Below, one piece after another: positions 37,931 through 48,217 of a DNA stretch of 64,000 nucleotides (positions are counted from its first letter, which is position 1; each line of letters begins with the position of its first letter). Both the position numbers and the translations under genes were made by a program. Location of the stretch: positions 2,208,001-2,272,000 of the forward strand of contig OZ253580.1 in assembly GCA_965263035.1 (NCBI GenBank). Reading direction: 5' to 3'. Under the pieces are notes generated by a model. It did no database searches and was not told where the DNA came from. It was given only the letters and a program-made list of their open reading frames with translations. Origin of the DNA: Acidobacteriota bacterium (lineage in GTDB: Bacteria > Acidobacteriota > UBA6911 > RPQK01 > JAJDTT01).

Positions 37931-38366
37931 CACCAACGTCTTCGTCTATCGACACGATGCGTCCGACCCGACGAAGCAGGCGCGCGCCGAGCAGTGGACC
38001 GGGCTCCTTGCGCTCGGAAGCGCGGGCTGGCTGAGCTCTCAGGTCGTCCAGGAACTCTACGCAACCCTGACGCGCGGACGCCGCCTGAATTTCGATGCCG
38101 CGGAGGCCCGCCAGATCGTCGAAGCGCTCTCAGTATGGGAACCGATCCGGATCGACCTTGCCATCCTCCGGCGAGCCTGGCTCATCGAAGAGCGTTTTCG
38201 CCTCTCGTGGTGGGACTCCCTGATCGTCGCCGCCGCGCAGGCCACCGAATGCTCCGTTCTCCTGACCGAAGACTTGCAGGACGGGCAGCTACTCGACGGC
38301 CTTCGGGTGGTTGATCCCTTCGCCTCCCTGGAGCGGAGCCCTCAACCGGTACTGGAGGCACACTGA
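37896..38366 (+). CDS. VapC-like PIN toxin, probable start-codon loss (ATC at 37908)
   Basis: FVDTNVFVY, QVVQE, LSWWDSLIVAAA, LLTEDLQDG; GAGGAG RBS precedes ATC-ACC-GGC where ATG would be expected. Confidence 0.8.
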   Translation: MRSCITGPVFVDTNVFVYRHDASDPTKQARAEQWTGLLALGSAGWLSSQVVQELYATLTRGRRLNFDAAEARQIVEALSVWEPIRIDLAILRRAWLIEERFRLSWWDSLIVAAAQATECSVLLTEDLQDGQLLDGLRVVDPFASLERSPQPVLEAH

Positions 38367-38567
38367 TGTCCATATAGGCGTCATCCGGGGGCGGTCGCCG
38401 ACGTTCTTCGATAGCAACACTCAGAAGTTCCCGCCGGACGCGGACCCGCGCAATCCGGACAGAAAAAAGGGGGTGCGGGAACGGAGGCATTCCAGCCGGG
38501 GGTTTCGCGTCGGCGATGAAGAGGGGGGCAAGGATGTCCCCCCTCCCAAGGAGGAAACCGGAAGCGT

Positions 38568-39911
<1,344 letters not shown>

Positions 39912-40125
39912 GCGATTCCTCCTGAAGACTCCGCTGTCGAGTGTTTTTGCCCGCCGAGTAACTGCTGCAGGCAGGTTGTAAGGAACTTCATTTTACGCCG
40001 CAGACCCTCGCCTTGGCCACTTCTCCGGAAAGTTTTTCCGTGAAGACGGGAACCTCCATCGGGCAAGAACTCCGAGAGTCGCCCATTTGGTTGCCAGTGT
40101 CTCGGACTTGTGTTTCCATTTCCCC

Positions 40126-41028
40126 ATGAATCAGGAAAGAGTGGCGTATGTGAACGGCCGGATCGTCCCCGAGAGTGAGGCCCGGGTCTCCATCGTGGAC
40201 CGCGGCTTCATCCTGGGCGACGCCGTGTTCGACACGACACGAACCTTCGGACACAAGATCTTCCGTCTCGACGAGCACCTGGACCGGCTTTTCGATTCCC
40301 TCCGTTACACTCGCATCGATCCGGGAATGAGCCGGAACCAGTTGGCGGAGTTGACCATGCAGGTGCTGGAGGCCAATCTGCCCCTGCTGGAAAAGGAAGA
40401 CGATTACTGGGTCACCCAGCGGGTCACCCGGGGCACCCCCAACGGAGACGGGGGATTCGATCCCACGGTGATCGTCGACTGCCAGCCTCTCCCCTTTCTG
40501 GAACGCTCCCGTTACTATCGCGACGGTCTGCCCGTCCGGACCCCCTCGGTGCGGCGGACCCCGCCCGAGTCCATGAGCCCCCGGGCCAAGACCCACAACT
40601 ACCTGAATCTGGTGATGGGCGAACTGGAGGTGAAGGCGGCGGATCCCCAGGCCCTTTCCATCCTCCTGGACCTGGACGGAAACCTCTGCGAGGGGATGGG
40701 AAGCAACATCTTCCTCGTCCGGGACGGCGAGTTGGCCACGCCTCGGGACCGGTTCGTCCTGGCAGGGATCAGCCGGAGCGTGACCTTTGAATTGGCCCGT
40801 AGTCTGAATCTGCCGGTCCATCAAATGGACATCGACCTGTTCGACGCTTACGCGGCGGAAGAGGTCTTCGTCACCTCCACCAGCTTCTGCATCTGCCCGG
40901 TCTCGACCATCAACGGGTCTCCCGTGGGCGCGGGCGGGATCCCGGGACCCGTGACGCGGCGGCTGCAGGAAGCGTACAGCGAGCTCGTGGGCATCGACAT
41001 CATCCGGCAGTACACCCGCTGGCTGTAG
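40126..41028 (+). CDS. Class IV PLP aminotransferase (IlvE/D-amino acid aminotransferase-like)
   Basis: DRGFILGDAVFDT, HLDRL, AKTHNY (Schiff-base Lys), EGMGSNIF, LAGISR, GPVTRRL. Confidence 0.9.
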   Translation: MNQERVAYVNGRIVPESEARVSIVDRGFILGDAVFDTTRTFGHKIFRLDEHLDRLFDSLRYTRIDPGMSRNQLAELTMQVLEANLPLLEKEDDYWVTQRVTRGTPNGDGGFDPTVIVDCQPLPFLERSRYYRDGLPVRTPSVRRTPPESMSPRAKTHNYLNLVMGELEVKAADPQALSILLDLDGNLCEGMGSNIFLVRDGELATPRDRFVLAGISRSVTFELARSLNLPVHQMDIDLFDAYAAEEVFVTSTSFCICPVSTINGSPVGAGGIPGPVTRRLQEAYSELVGIDIIRQYTRWL

Positions 41029-41078
41029 CCTGAATTCCTCACCCGGTCCAGGCCGGACGCCGGTGGTTCATATCGGCC

Positions 41079-42017
41079 ATGAGAATTCTCTATCTCACTT
41101 CGCCGGGTGAAGATTACCTCCAGGATCAGATTCTGCTGGGACTGCGGGAGTCCCTGGGGGTGCAGGTTCTGGATTATCCCCGTAAAACCGTCCTGTACCG
41201 GAACTGCCCCGTTCCCCGCAGGGATCTGTACGGCCGGGGGTTCACCATCTGGAAGCTGCTGGAGGACCTCGAGTTGGACCGGGGGGACCTGAACCGACGG
41301 ATCGAAAACGGCGAGTTCGAGACCCTGATCTTCGGCAACATCTGGCGCCAGCGCCGAGAGTTCCAGGAATTCCGTGCCACGCGGCAACTGCGCCGCTGTT
41401 TCCACCGGGTGGGATTCCTGGATGGCGAGGACCACAAGCGGCCCTACCTCCCTGCCCTGTTTTACGGCCTCTATTTCAAGCGGGAATTGCGACTCATACT
41501 TCCTCTTCCACGCTCGCGGCGGATCGGCTTCTCCATTCCCGGAGCCAAGATTCGGGCGCAGCCCCTGGAGAAGGACCAACTCTTCGCCAGGCATGTCCAA
41601 TGCGAGGAGGCGTACAAGCTGGAGCCGATCCGCAGACACTGCCGGAAGTCCTACCTGTTCGAGAAGGAGGAGGACTACTACCGGGACCTGGGCCGTTCCC
41701 AGTATGCGGTCACCATGAAGAAGATGGGCTGGGAGTGCCAGCGGCACTACGAGATCGCCGCCAATCATACGGTCCCCTGCTTCTACCGACTGAGCCGCAA
41801 GCCGCGCCGGTGCGCTCCCCATGGACTGGTCGACGGTGAGAACGTCCTGGCCTTCGATTCGGCCGGTGAGCTGCAGGAGAAGATCGACGAGGTCCGGCGA
41901 ACCGGACGGTATGCGGAATTGCGGGAGGGGGCGTTCCAGTGGGCCGCACGGCACAGCTGCCGCCGGGTGGCTGAGAGGATGCTGAACGAGTTGGGAGCTG
42001 GCAAGCGACCGCGGTGA
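41079..42017 (+). CDS. Putative glycosyltransferase (GT-B C-terminal-like)
   Basis: DYLQD, FLDGED, YFKRE, WECQRHYEIAAN, DGENVLAFDS. Confidence 0.55.
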   Translation: MRILYLTSPGEDYLQDQILLGLRESLGVQVLDYPRKTVLYRNCPVPRRDLYGRGFTIWKLLEDLELDRGDLNRRIENGEFETLIFGNIWRQRREFQEFRATRQLRRCFHRVGFLDGEDHKRPYLPALFYGLYFKRELRLILPLPRSRRIGFSIPGAKIRAQPLEKDQLFARHVQCEEAYKLEPIRRHCRKSYLFEKEEDYYRDLGRSQYAVTMKKMGWECQRHYEIAANHTVPCFYRLSRKPRRCAPHGLVDGENVLAFDSAGELQEKIDEVRRTGRYAELREGAFQWAARHSCRRVAERMLNELGAGKRPR

Positions 42018-42052
42018 TTTGGGGGCGGAGGGGCTCGCTCCACGGGACGCCG

Positions 42053-42113
42053 CGGAGGGGGGCTTCCAGCCCCCTTACCCCCCCAATCGGCGGTTGGAAA
42101 CCGCCGCTCCTAC
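42053..42113. repeat. REP doublet (REPIN-like)
   Basis: GGAGGGGGGCTTCCAGCCCCCT plus reverse GGCGGTTGGAAACCGCCGCTCCTAC (= GTAGGAGCGGCGG.. on the minus strand). Confidence 0.75.
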
Positions 42114-42138
42114 CGCCGTAGTAGACTGAGCGACAGAG

Positions 42139-43479
42139 ATGCAGGCCAACGGGACCCGGGCGCGAATGGCGATTCTCCTATTGCTGACCTGCTCTTGGGC
42201 CCTCCCTCAGTCCAGCTTTGACCGCGATCTCCTGAGCATGGCCGGGAAAGGTCAGACGGCCATCGTCAAGGTGTTGATCGGGGCGGGAGCCGATCTGAAC
42301 GCACGGGATGAACAGGATCGGACCCCCTTGATGCTGGCGGCGGCCAACGGCCGAAGGGAAACGGTCCTGGCGCTGATCGACGCCGGCGCCGAAGTGGGGG
42401 CCACCGACTCCAAGGGGATGACGGCAAAGGCCCTGGCGGACGCCGCCGGGCATACGGTGATCGCCGGGTTGCTGGGGGCCGGAGGCGGCGGCGACAACCC
42501 CTGGAACGAAGCCAAGGAGGAGAGCCTGGTCCGGGCCACCAGCCTCTTCGATCTGGCCGAAATTCAGCGGGAGCAGCGCAACTACTCCGAGGCCGAACCC
42601 CTTTACCAGAGAGCGCTGGACATCTACGAACGGGTTCTGGGACCGGAGCATCCGGACGTGGCCGCAAGCCTCAACAACCTGGCACTGATCCACCGGGCCC
42701 AGGGGGACTATTCCAAGGCGGAAGGCCTCTACACGCGGGCCCTGGCAATTGTGGAGAAGGCGCTGGGACCGGACCATCCCGACGTGGCCACCAGTCTCAA
42801 CAATCTGGCGTTCCTGCACCGGCACCAGCACCGGTTCGCCCAAGCCGAAGCCCTCTACACGCGAGCCATCGGAATCTACCGGAAGGCCCTGGGAGAGGAG
42901 AACCGTCAAGTCGCCGCGGGCCTGGAAAATCTGGCCGACCTGCACCGAATCCAGGGGAACCCGGACCAGGCCGAGCCCTTCTACCGGCAGGCGCTGGACA
43001 TCTACGAGAAGATTCTGGGACCGGAACATCTCCAGACGGCCCCGAGCCTGTTCTCTCTGGCGGAGCTCCATCGAGTCCAGGGCAAGTACGGCCAGGCCGA
43101 ACCCCTCTACCGCAGGGCCATCGCCATCTACGAGAAAGTCCTGGGACCGGAGCATCCCGACGTGGCCAGAAGCCTGGGCGGCCTGGCCGAGCTCTTTCGG
43201 GCGCAGGGGAAACTCGCCGAAGCCGAACCCCTCTTCAAGCAGTCGCTGGAGATTTCCAGGAAGGCTCTGGCGCCGGGGCATCCCCAGGTGGCCTGGAGTC
43301 TCGGCAACCTGGGTTTCCTCTATCGGGACCAGGAGAGATTCGCGGAAGCCGAGCCGCTCTTGCGGGAGGCCCTGGACATCGGCAAGCGGAGCCTGGGACC
43401 CGGACACGCCCTGGTGACCGCGATCCGGAAGGCCTACTCGCAGCTCCCGCAGCAGGGTCACGGCGGCACAACGCAGTAG
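42139..43479 (+). CDS. Secreted ankyrin-repeat + TPR (kinesin light chain-like, 42-aa period) protein
   Basis: Signal peptide; GADLNARD..TPLMLAA ankyrins; about 7 repeats of AEPLYxRALxIxEKxLGPEHPDVAxSLNNLA. Confidence 0.92.
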   Translation: MQANGTRARMAILLLLTCSWALPQSSFDRDLLSMAGKGQTAIVKVLIGAGADLNARDEQDRTPLMLAAANGRRETVLALIDAGAEVGATDSKGMTAKALADAAGHTVIAGLLGAGGGGDNPWNEAKEESLVRATSLFDLAEIQREQRNYSEAEPLYQRALDIYERVLGPEHPDVAASLNNLALIHRAQGDYSKAEGLYTRALAIVEKALGPDHPDVATSLNNLAFLHRHQHRFAQAEALYTRAIGIYRKALGEENRQVAAGLENLADLHRIQGNPDQAEPFYRQALDIYEKILGPEHLQTAPSLFSLAELHRVQGKYGQAEPLYRRAIAIYEKVLGPEHPDVARSLGGLAELFRAQGKLAEAEPLFKQSLEISRKALAPGHPQVAWSLGNLGFLYRDQERFAEAEPLLREALDIGKRSLGPGHALVTAIRKAYSQLPQQGHGGTTQ

Positions 43480-43497
43480 GCGCCGCGCATCCGGATG

Positions 43498-44706
43498 CTA
43501 CTCCACCAGGGAGGCGGCGACGGCGTTGGAGACGATTCCCAGCTCCCGGTCGCTCTGGGGCTTGTTGCTGAACAGGGTCATGAAGAGGCCGGTTTCGGGG
43601 TCGGCCCAGACCGAGCAGCCTGTCACCCCGTAGTGGCCGAAGGCCCGCGGCGAGACCAGGCTTCCCATGAACTGGAAGTGTCCATTGTCCCGCAGCTGCC
43701 AGCCGAAACCCGTTGCATAAGCGATCCGGTGGGCGGGGCTCAAACCGGGGAGCCGCGGGAGCTGGTTGCGGGTCATCATCCGGACCGTGGCCGGGCTGAA
43801 AATGCGCACTCCCCGGTACTCTCCGCCGTTCAGGAGCATCTGGAGAAACCGGGTGTAGTCCCGCACGGTGGAGAAGATCCCGCCCCAGGGGTTGCCCAGG
43901 CGATGGAAGTAGTCGCTGTTCCAGTTGCTGACCGCCACCGCCAGCTCGGGCGGCAGGACGCAGTCGGAGATTCGGCTCCGGTCCTGGTCGGTCCGGCCCA
44001 GGAAGGAGTCTGGCATTCCCAGGGGCCGGAAGAATTCCTTTTCCAGGAAATCCGGGGTGGGCATGCCGCTGGCGCGGCAGATCGCTTCGCTCAAGAGGGC
44101 GAAGCCGGCGTTGCAGTACTTGACACCGGTGCCCGGCGCGAAATCGAATTTCCTCCGTTTGAACATCTCGCGGAGGAACCGGTCCAGGGACTGACGGGTG
44201 GCCCGGAATTCCTGGTTGCGGGGGATGGGACCGAAACCGGAGGTGTGGGTCATGAGGTGGATGAGACGAATTCCGTTCTGCTCTTCCGCCACTTCCGGAA
44301 TGATCTCGTGAAGAGGCTGGTTCAATTCCAGGAGACCTCGTTCGATCAGCAGGCAGGCGGCGCTGGCGACGATGGGCTTGGTGCAGGAGGCAATGAGGAA
44401 GATGGTGCCGGCGCTCACCGCCGGGGCGTCGAGGGTGCCCATTCGGCCGAAGGCCCGCGGAGCGACGATCCGGTCTCCCCGGCCCACCAGGATGGCGGCT
44501 CCGTATTCGGGCCGGGGGGACAGCATGCGTTGGACCAGGGCGTAGGCGCGGTCGAGGCGGGTGGGGTCGAGGCCGAGATCCTGGGGGCGGGCGTGGGGGG
44601 CCGGCGCCGAGGTGGCCCGAAGACGGCCGGGAGCAGCGCCCTGAAAGATCGCTACGGCGCCCATGTGGGTGAGGAAGAGGCGTCTGGTGGAGGTTGGTGG
44701 GGTCAT
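43498..44706 (-). CDS. Serine hydrolase, beta-lactamase class C-like, Tat-exported
   Basis: SxxK (ASCTK), LMTHTSG, YCN, FGHYG; TRRLFL Tat motif after ATG 44706. Confidence 0.88.
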   Translation of the reverse strand: MTPPTSTRRLFLTHMGAVAIFQGAAPGRLRATSAPAPHARPQDLGLDPTRLDRAYALVQRMLSPRPEYGAAILVGRGDRIVAPRAFGRMGTLDAPAVSAGTIFLIASCTKPIVASAACLLIERGLLELNQPLHEIIPEVAEEQNGIRLIHLMTHTSGFGPIPRNQEFRATRQSLDRFLREMFKRRKFDFAPGTGVKYCNAGFALLSEAICRASGMPTPDFLEKEFFRPLGMPDSFLGRTDQDRSRISDCVLPPELAVAVSNWNSDYFHRLGNPWGGIFSTVRDYTRFLQMLLNGGEYRGVRIFSPATVRMMTRNQLPRLPGLSPAHRIAYATGFGWQLRDNGHFQFMGSLVSPRAFGHYGVTGCSVWADPETGLFMTLFSNKPQSDRELGIVSNAVAASLVE

Positions 44707-44802
44707 GATGGTGCTGAGAAGAAGAGTAAAGAGTAAAGAGGAAAGAGGGAAGAGGAGGTGTTTGGGGATTGTCAATTAGTTGGGGTTTTCGGTTGTTGGA
44801 AG

Positions 44803-45008
44803 CGCGGAGGGGGGCTAGGAGGCTGTCCGAGAATAGACTATTTTCAAAAAGTCTTGTTTGTAAACTACTGATTTATGAAGGGTTAAGTTTTCAAAAACTA
44901 TGATTTTTCGAGTTCTCGGACAGCCTCCTAGTGCGCCCCTTGACGCCCCGAATCGGCGACAAGAAAGTCGCCGCTCCCAGTCGGCGGCAAGAAAGCCGCC
45001 GCTCCTAG
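44803..45008. repeat. REP cluster (forward REP split by the MITE plus two reverse copies)
   Basis: GGAGGGGGGCTAG|TGCGCCCCT, then GGCGACAAGAAAGTCGCCGCTCCC and GGCGGCAAGAAAGCCGCCGCTCCTAG. Confidence 0.72.
44819..44927. mobile_element. 109-bp AT-rich MITE with IS1182-like ends
   Basis: Perfect TIR GAGGCTGTCCGAGAA / TTCTCGGACAGCCTC, CTAG on both sides; 14/15 identical to the TIR of the IS1182 at 27233. Confidence 0.88.
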
Positions 45009-48000
45009 TGGAAGTCTCGGCTTTTGAGGCGGACCGAGGCGTTGTCCAGCTTGGGCCTCCAGATCTTGTCGACCACCAGGTGGGTGACTCTTTCCGCCAC
45101 CTGCAGGTTGCCGGTGACCCCCATGCAGGAGAGGGTCTTGGCCAGTACGGAATAACGCTGGAAGGTCTGTTGCCAGATCACCAGGTTCACGAACCCCGTC
45201 TCGTCCTCCAGAGTCATGAAGGTGACTCCCCGTGCGGTCCCCGGCCGCTGGCGGCAGATGACCATGCCCGCATAGTGGACCCGGCGTCCATCCGGCATTC
45301 GGTTGAGTTGGCGGGCGGTGGGCAGCCCCCAGGCGGCCAGAACGGGCCGTAGCGGTTTCAGGAGGTGGGCCTGGGAGCTGTGGCTGGTGACCCGATGGTC
45401 CCAGACGATGCTCTCCAGCCGGCTCAGAGGGGGGAACGGAGGCGAGGGGGCGCGGCTGCTCAACGGCAACCGGGGCGGCCGCCGGCCAGCGAGGCCCTGA
45501 ATCTGCCAGAGGGCGCTCCGGCGGTCCAGGCCGAAGCACTCGAAGGCGCCGGCCTCGGCCAGCGTCTCCAGCTTGTCCTGGCGGAGCCCGCTCCGCCGGA
45601 CGACGTCCGGGAGCTCGCTGAAGGGGGACTGCCGGGCGGCCGCGTCCAACCGGTCCCAGTCCCCTTCCCCCATCCCCTTGACGTAGCGCAGCCCCATGCG
45701 AACCGCGAACCTGGAGGTCCTCTCCGGAGCGGCCGGAGCCGGGACCAGGCTGCAGTCCCAGCGGCTGTGGAGAATGCTGACGGGCCGGACCTCGATCCCA
45801 TGAATCCGGGCGTCGTTGACGATGGTGGAGGGGGAGTAGAACCCCATGGGCTGGGCATTCAGCAGGGCACAGGTGAACTCCGCCGGATAGCGGCACTTGA
45901 GGTAGGCGGTGGCGTAGGCAATATGGGCAAAGCTGGCGGCATGGCTCTCGGGGAAGCCGTAGTCGCCGAATCCACGGACCTGCTGAAAGACGCGCTCGGC
46001 GAACTCCTCCCGGATCCCCTTCCTCACCATGCGGTCCACCAGCCTCCGGTGGTGCCGCTCGATCCGTCCCGAACGCCGCCAGGCCGCCATGTCCCGCCGC
46101 AACTGGTCGGCCTCGCCCGGCGTGTAGTCGGCGGCCACCATGGCCAGTTGCATCACCTGCTCCTGAAACAGGGGGATCCCCAGGGTCTTCTGCAGGACGG
46201 GAATGAGGCAGGGGTGGGGATATTCGACCGCTTCCTCCCCTTTGCGCCGCCGCAGATAGGGATGCACCATGCCTCCCGTGATCGGTCCGGGACGGACGAT
46301 GCTGATCTCGATCACCAGGTCGTAGTAGTTGCGCGGCTTGAGGCGGCCCAGCATGGCCATCTGGGCCCGGCTCTCGATCTGGAACACCCCCACCGTATCG
46401 GCGCGGCAGACCATGTCGAAGGTGGCCGCGTCCTCCCTGGGGAGGGTGGCCAGGGAGAGGACCCGGCGGCGGTGCTGCCGCAGGAGATCGAAGCAGAGGT
46501 GCAGGTGGGTGAGGGCGCCCAGCCCCAGCAGGTCCACCTTGAACAGGCCCGCCTGATCCACGTCCTCCTTGTCCCACTGAATGACGGTCCGGCCCTTCAT
46601 GGAGGCGTTCTCGATGGGCACCAGGTCGTGGACGGGCCGGTGACCCAGCAGAAAGCCTCCGGGATGGATGGAGAGATGGCGGGGAAAATCCTGAATCTCC
46701 TGCACCAGAGCCATCAGATGGCCCAGGGCGGGGCTCCGGGGATCGAGTCCGGCCTGCTCCACCAGTTCCTCGCTCCAGCTTTCGTGGGACACCAGCTTGG
46801 CCAGGCGATCCAGGCTGGTGGCCGAAATCCCCAACACCTTCCCCACTTCCCGGATGGCGGACCGATAGCGGTAACGGACCACGTTGGACACCATGGCGGC
46901 GCGGTCGCGCCCGTACTTCCGGTACACGTGCTGGATCACCTCTTCCCGGCGGTTGTGCTCGATGTCCAGGTCGATGTCGGGAGGCTCGGCCCGCTCCCGG
47001 GACAGAAAACGCTCGAAGAGGAGGTCCACCTGGGTCGGGTCCACGCTGGTGATCCCCAGGGCGAAGCAGACGGTGGAGTTGGCGGCCGATCCCCGGCCTT
47101 GACAGAGGATGCCGTGGCGGCGGCAGTACTCGACGATCTCGTGCATGGTCAGGAAGTAGCCCTCGTACTCCAGCTCCCGGATCAGATCCAGTTCCTTCAC
47201 CAACTGCGGGACCTGGCTCCGGAACTTCCCTCCCAGGCGGCGCTCGGCCCCCTCGAAGGTCCGCCGGCGCAGGTACTGGCTGGAGTCCATTCCTTCCGGC
47301 AGACGCTCCAGCGGATAGCGGTAACGCAACTCCTGGAGCGAGAAGGAACAGCGGTCGGTTACTTGACGGGTCCGCTGGACCGACTCGGGATCATCGGCAA
47401 AAAGACGAGCCAGATCGTCCGGACTCTTCAGGGCGTGCTGATCGTTGGGCCGGATGAGCCGGCCGGCCGCAGACAGGGTCACTCCTTCCCGGATGCAGGT
47501 CAGGACGTCCTGCAGGCGGCGCCGTCCAGAACAGTGGTAGAGCACCTCTACGGCGGCCACCGTGGGCAGTCCGAACCGGTCCGCCAACTCCCGGAGCCGG
47601 ACCTCCCGCAGCACTTCCTCCGCCCGGCGGTGTCTGGCGATCAGGACGTAGAGGCGATCCTGAAAAGCGGCTTGGAGCCGCTCCAGGACAGGTTCCGGTT
47701 CCGTCTGGGCGTGGGACCCGGGGTCCGCCGGCGGGATCCCCCAGAGGGCGATCAGGCCGGGACTGGAGCGGCAGACCTCCCGCCAGCCCAGCCGGCACTC
47801 CCCCTTGGAGGAACGGAGATGCCCGCCGGTCAACAGGCGGCAGAGATTGCGGTAGCCCTCCTGGTCCTGGACCAGCAGCAGGAGCTCCGATCCGTCCCGG
47901 AGGTCGACCTGGGACCCCACGATCAGATGGATGCCCAACCGGCGGGCTCGAACCTGGGCCCGGACGATGCCGTAGACTCCGTTGCGATCGGTGAGGGCCA

Positions 48001-48217
48001 GGGCGGGAATTTCCTTTTCATGGCAGGCCTCCACCAGTTCCTCGGGGTGGCTGGCCCCTTCCAGGAAGGAGTAGTTGCTCTTGCACCAGAGGGGGACGTA
48101 GGGCTCTGGAGCGGCGGTTTCCAGCCGCCGGGCTCCGGAGCGACAACTTGGCGCAGAAGAATGGGCGACTGGAAATCGCCCCTCCTGTGGGCGATTGGAA
48201 ATCGCCCCTCCTGTCAC
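45005..48217 (-). CDS. dnaE2: Error-prone DNA polymerase III alpha subunit DnaE2 (ImuC)
   Basis: SNYSFLEGASHPEEL, GRGSAANS, PDIDLD, GFPESHAASF, C-terminal SRDFH hallmark; GTG 48217 overlaps the imuB stop. Confidence 0.95.
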   Translation of the reverse strand: MTGGAISNRPQEGRFPVAHSSAPSCRSGARRLETAAPEPYVPLWCKSNYSFLEGASHPEELVEACHEKEIPALALTDRNGVYGIVRAQVRARRLGIHLIVGSQVDLRDGSELLLLVQDQEGYRNLCRLLTGGHLRSSKGECRLGWREVCRSSPGLIALWGIPPADPGSHAQTEPEPVLERLQAAFQDRLYVLIARHRRAEEVLREVRLRELADRFGLPTVAAVEVLYHCSGRRRLQDVLTCIREGVTLSAAGRLIRPNDQHALKSPDDLARLFADDPESVQRTRQVTDRCSFSLQELRYRYPLERLPEGMDSSQYLRRRTFEGAERRLGGKFRSQVPQLVKELDLIRELEYEGYFLTMHEIVEYCRRHGILCQGRGSAANSTVCFALGITSVDPTQVDLLFERFLSRERAEPPDIDLDIEHNRREEVIQHVYRKYGRDRAAMVSNVVRYRYRSAIREVGKVLGISATSLDRLAKLVSHESWSEELVEQAGLDPRSPALGHLMALVQEIQDFPRHLSIHPGGFLLGHRPVHDLVPIENASMKGRTVIQWDKEDVDQAGLFKVDLLGLGALTHLHLCFDLLRQHRRRVLSLATLPREDAATFDMVCRADTVGVFQIESRAQMAMLGRLKPRNYYDLVIEISIVRPGPITGGMVHPYLRRRKGEEAVEYPHPCLIPVLQKTLGIPLFQEQVMQLAMVAADYTPGEADQLRRDMAAWRRSGRIERHHRRLVDRMVRKGIREEFAERVFQQVRGFGDYGFPESHAASFAHIAYATAYLKCRYPAEFTCALLNAQPMGFYSPSTIVNDARIHGIEVRPVSILHSRWDCSLVPAPAAPERTSRFAVRMGLRYVKGMGEGDWDRLDAAARQSPFSELPDVVRRSGLRQDKLETLAEAGAFECFGLDRRSALWQIQGLAGRRPPRLPLSSRAPSPPFPPLSRLESIVWDHRVTSHSSQAHLLKPLRPVLAAWGLPTARQLNRMPDGRRVHYAGMVICRQRPGTARGVTFMTLEDETGFVNLVIWQQTFQRYSVLAKTLSCMGVTGNLQVAERVTHLVVDKIWRPKLDNASVRLKSRDFH
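48108..48213. repeat. REP triplet inside the 5' end of dnaE2
   Basis: GGAGCGGCGGTTTCCAGCCGCC plus two tandem GGGCGA(C/T)TGGAAATCGCCCCTCCT; 48163-48186 is an exact 24-bp reverse complement of 335-358. Confidence 0.85.

Noticed and set aside
44715-44760. Purine-rich AAGAG(T/G)A short tandem repeat
   Set aside because: Low-complexity, few degenerate units, no evidence of function; it probably explains the spurious hydrophobic extension of the ORF to 44775.
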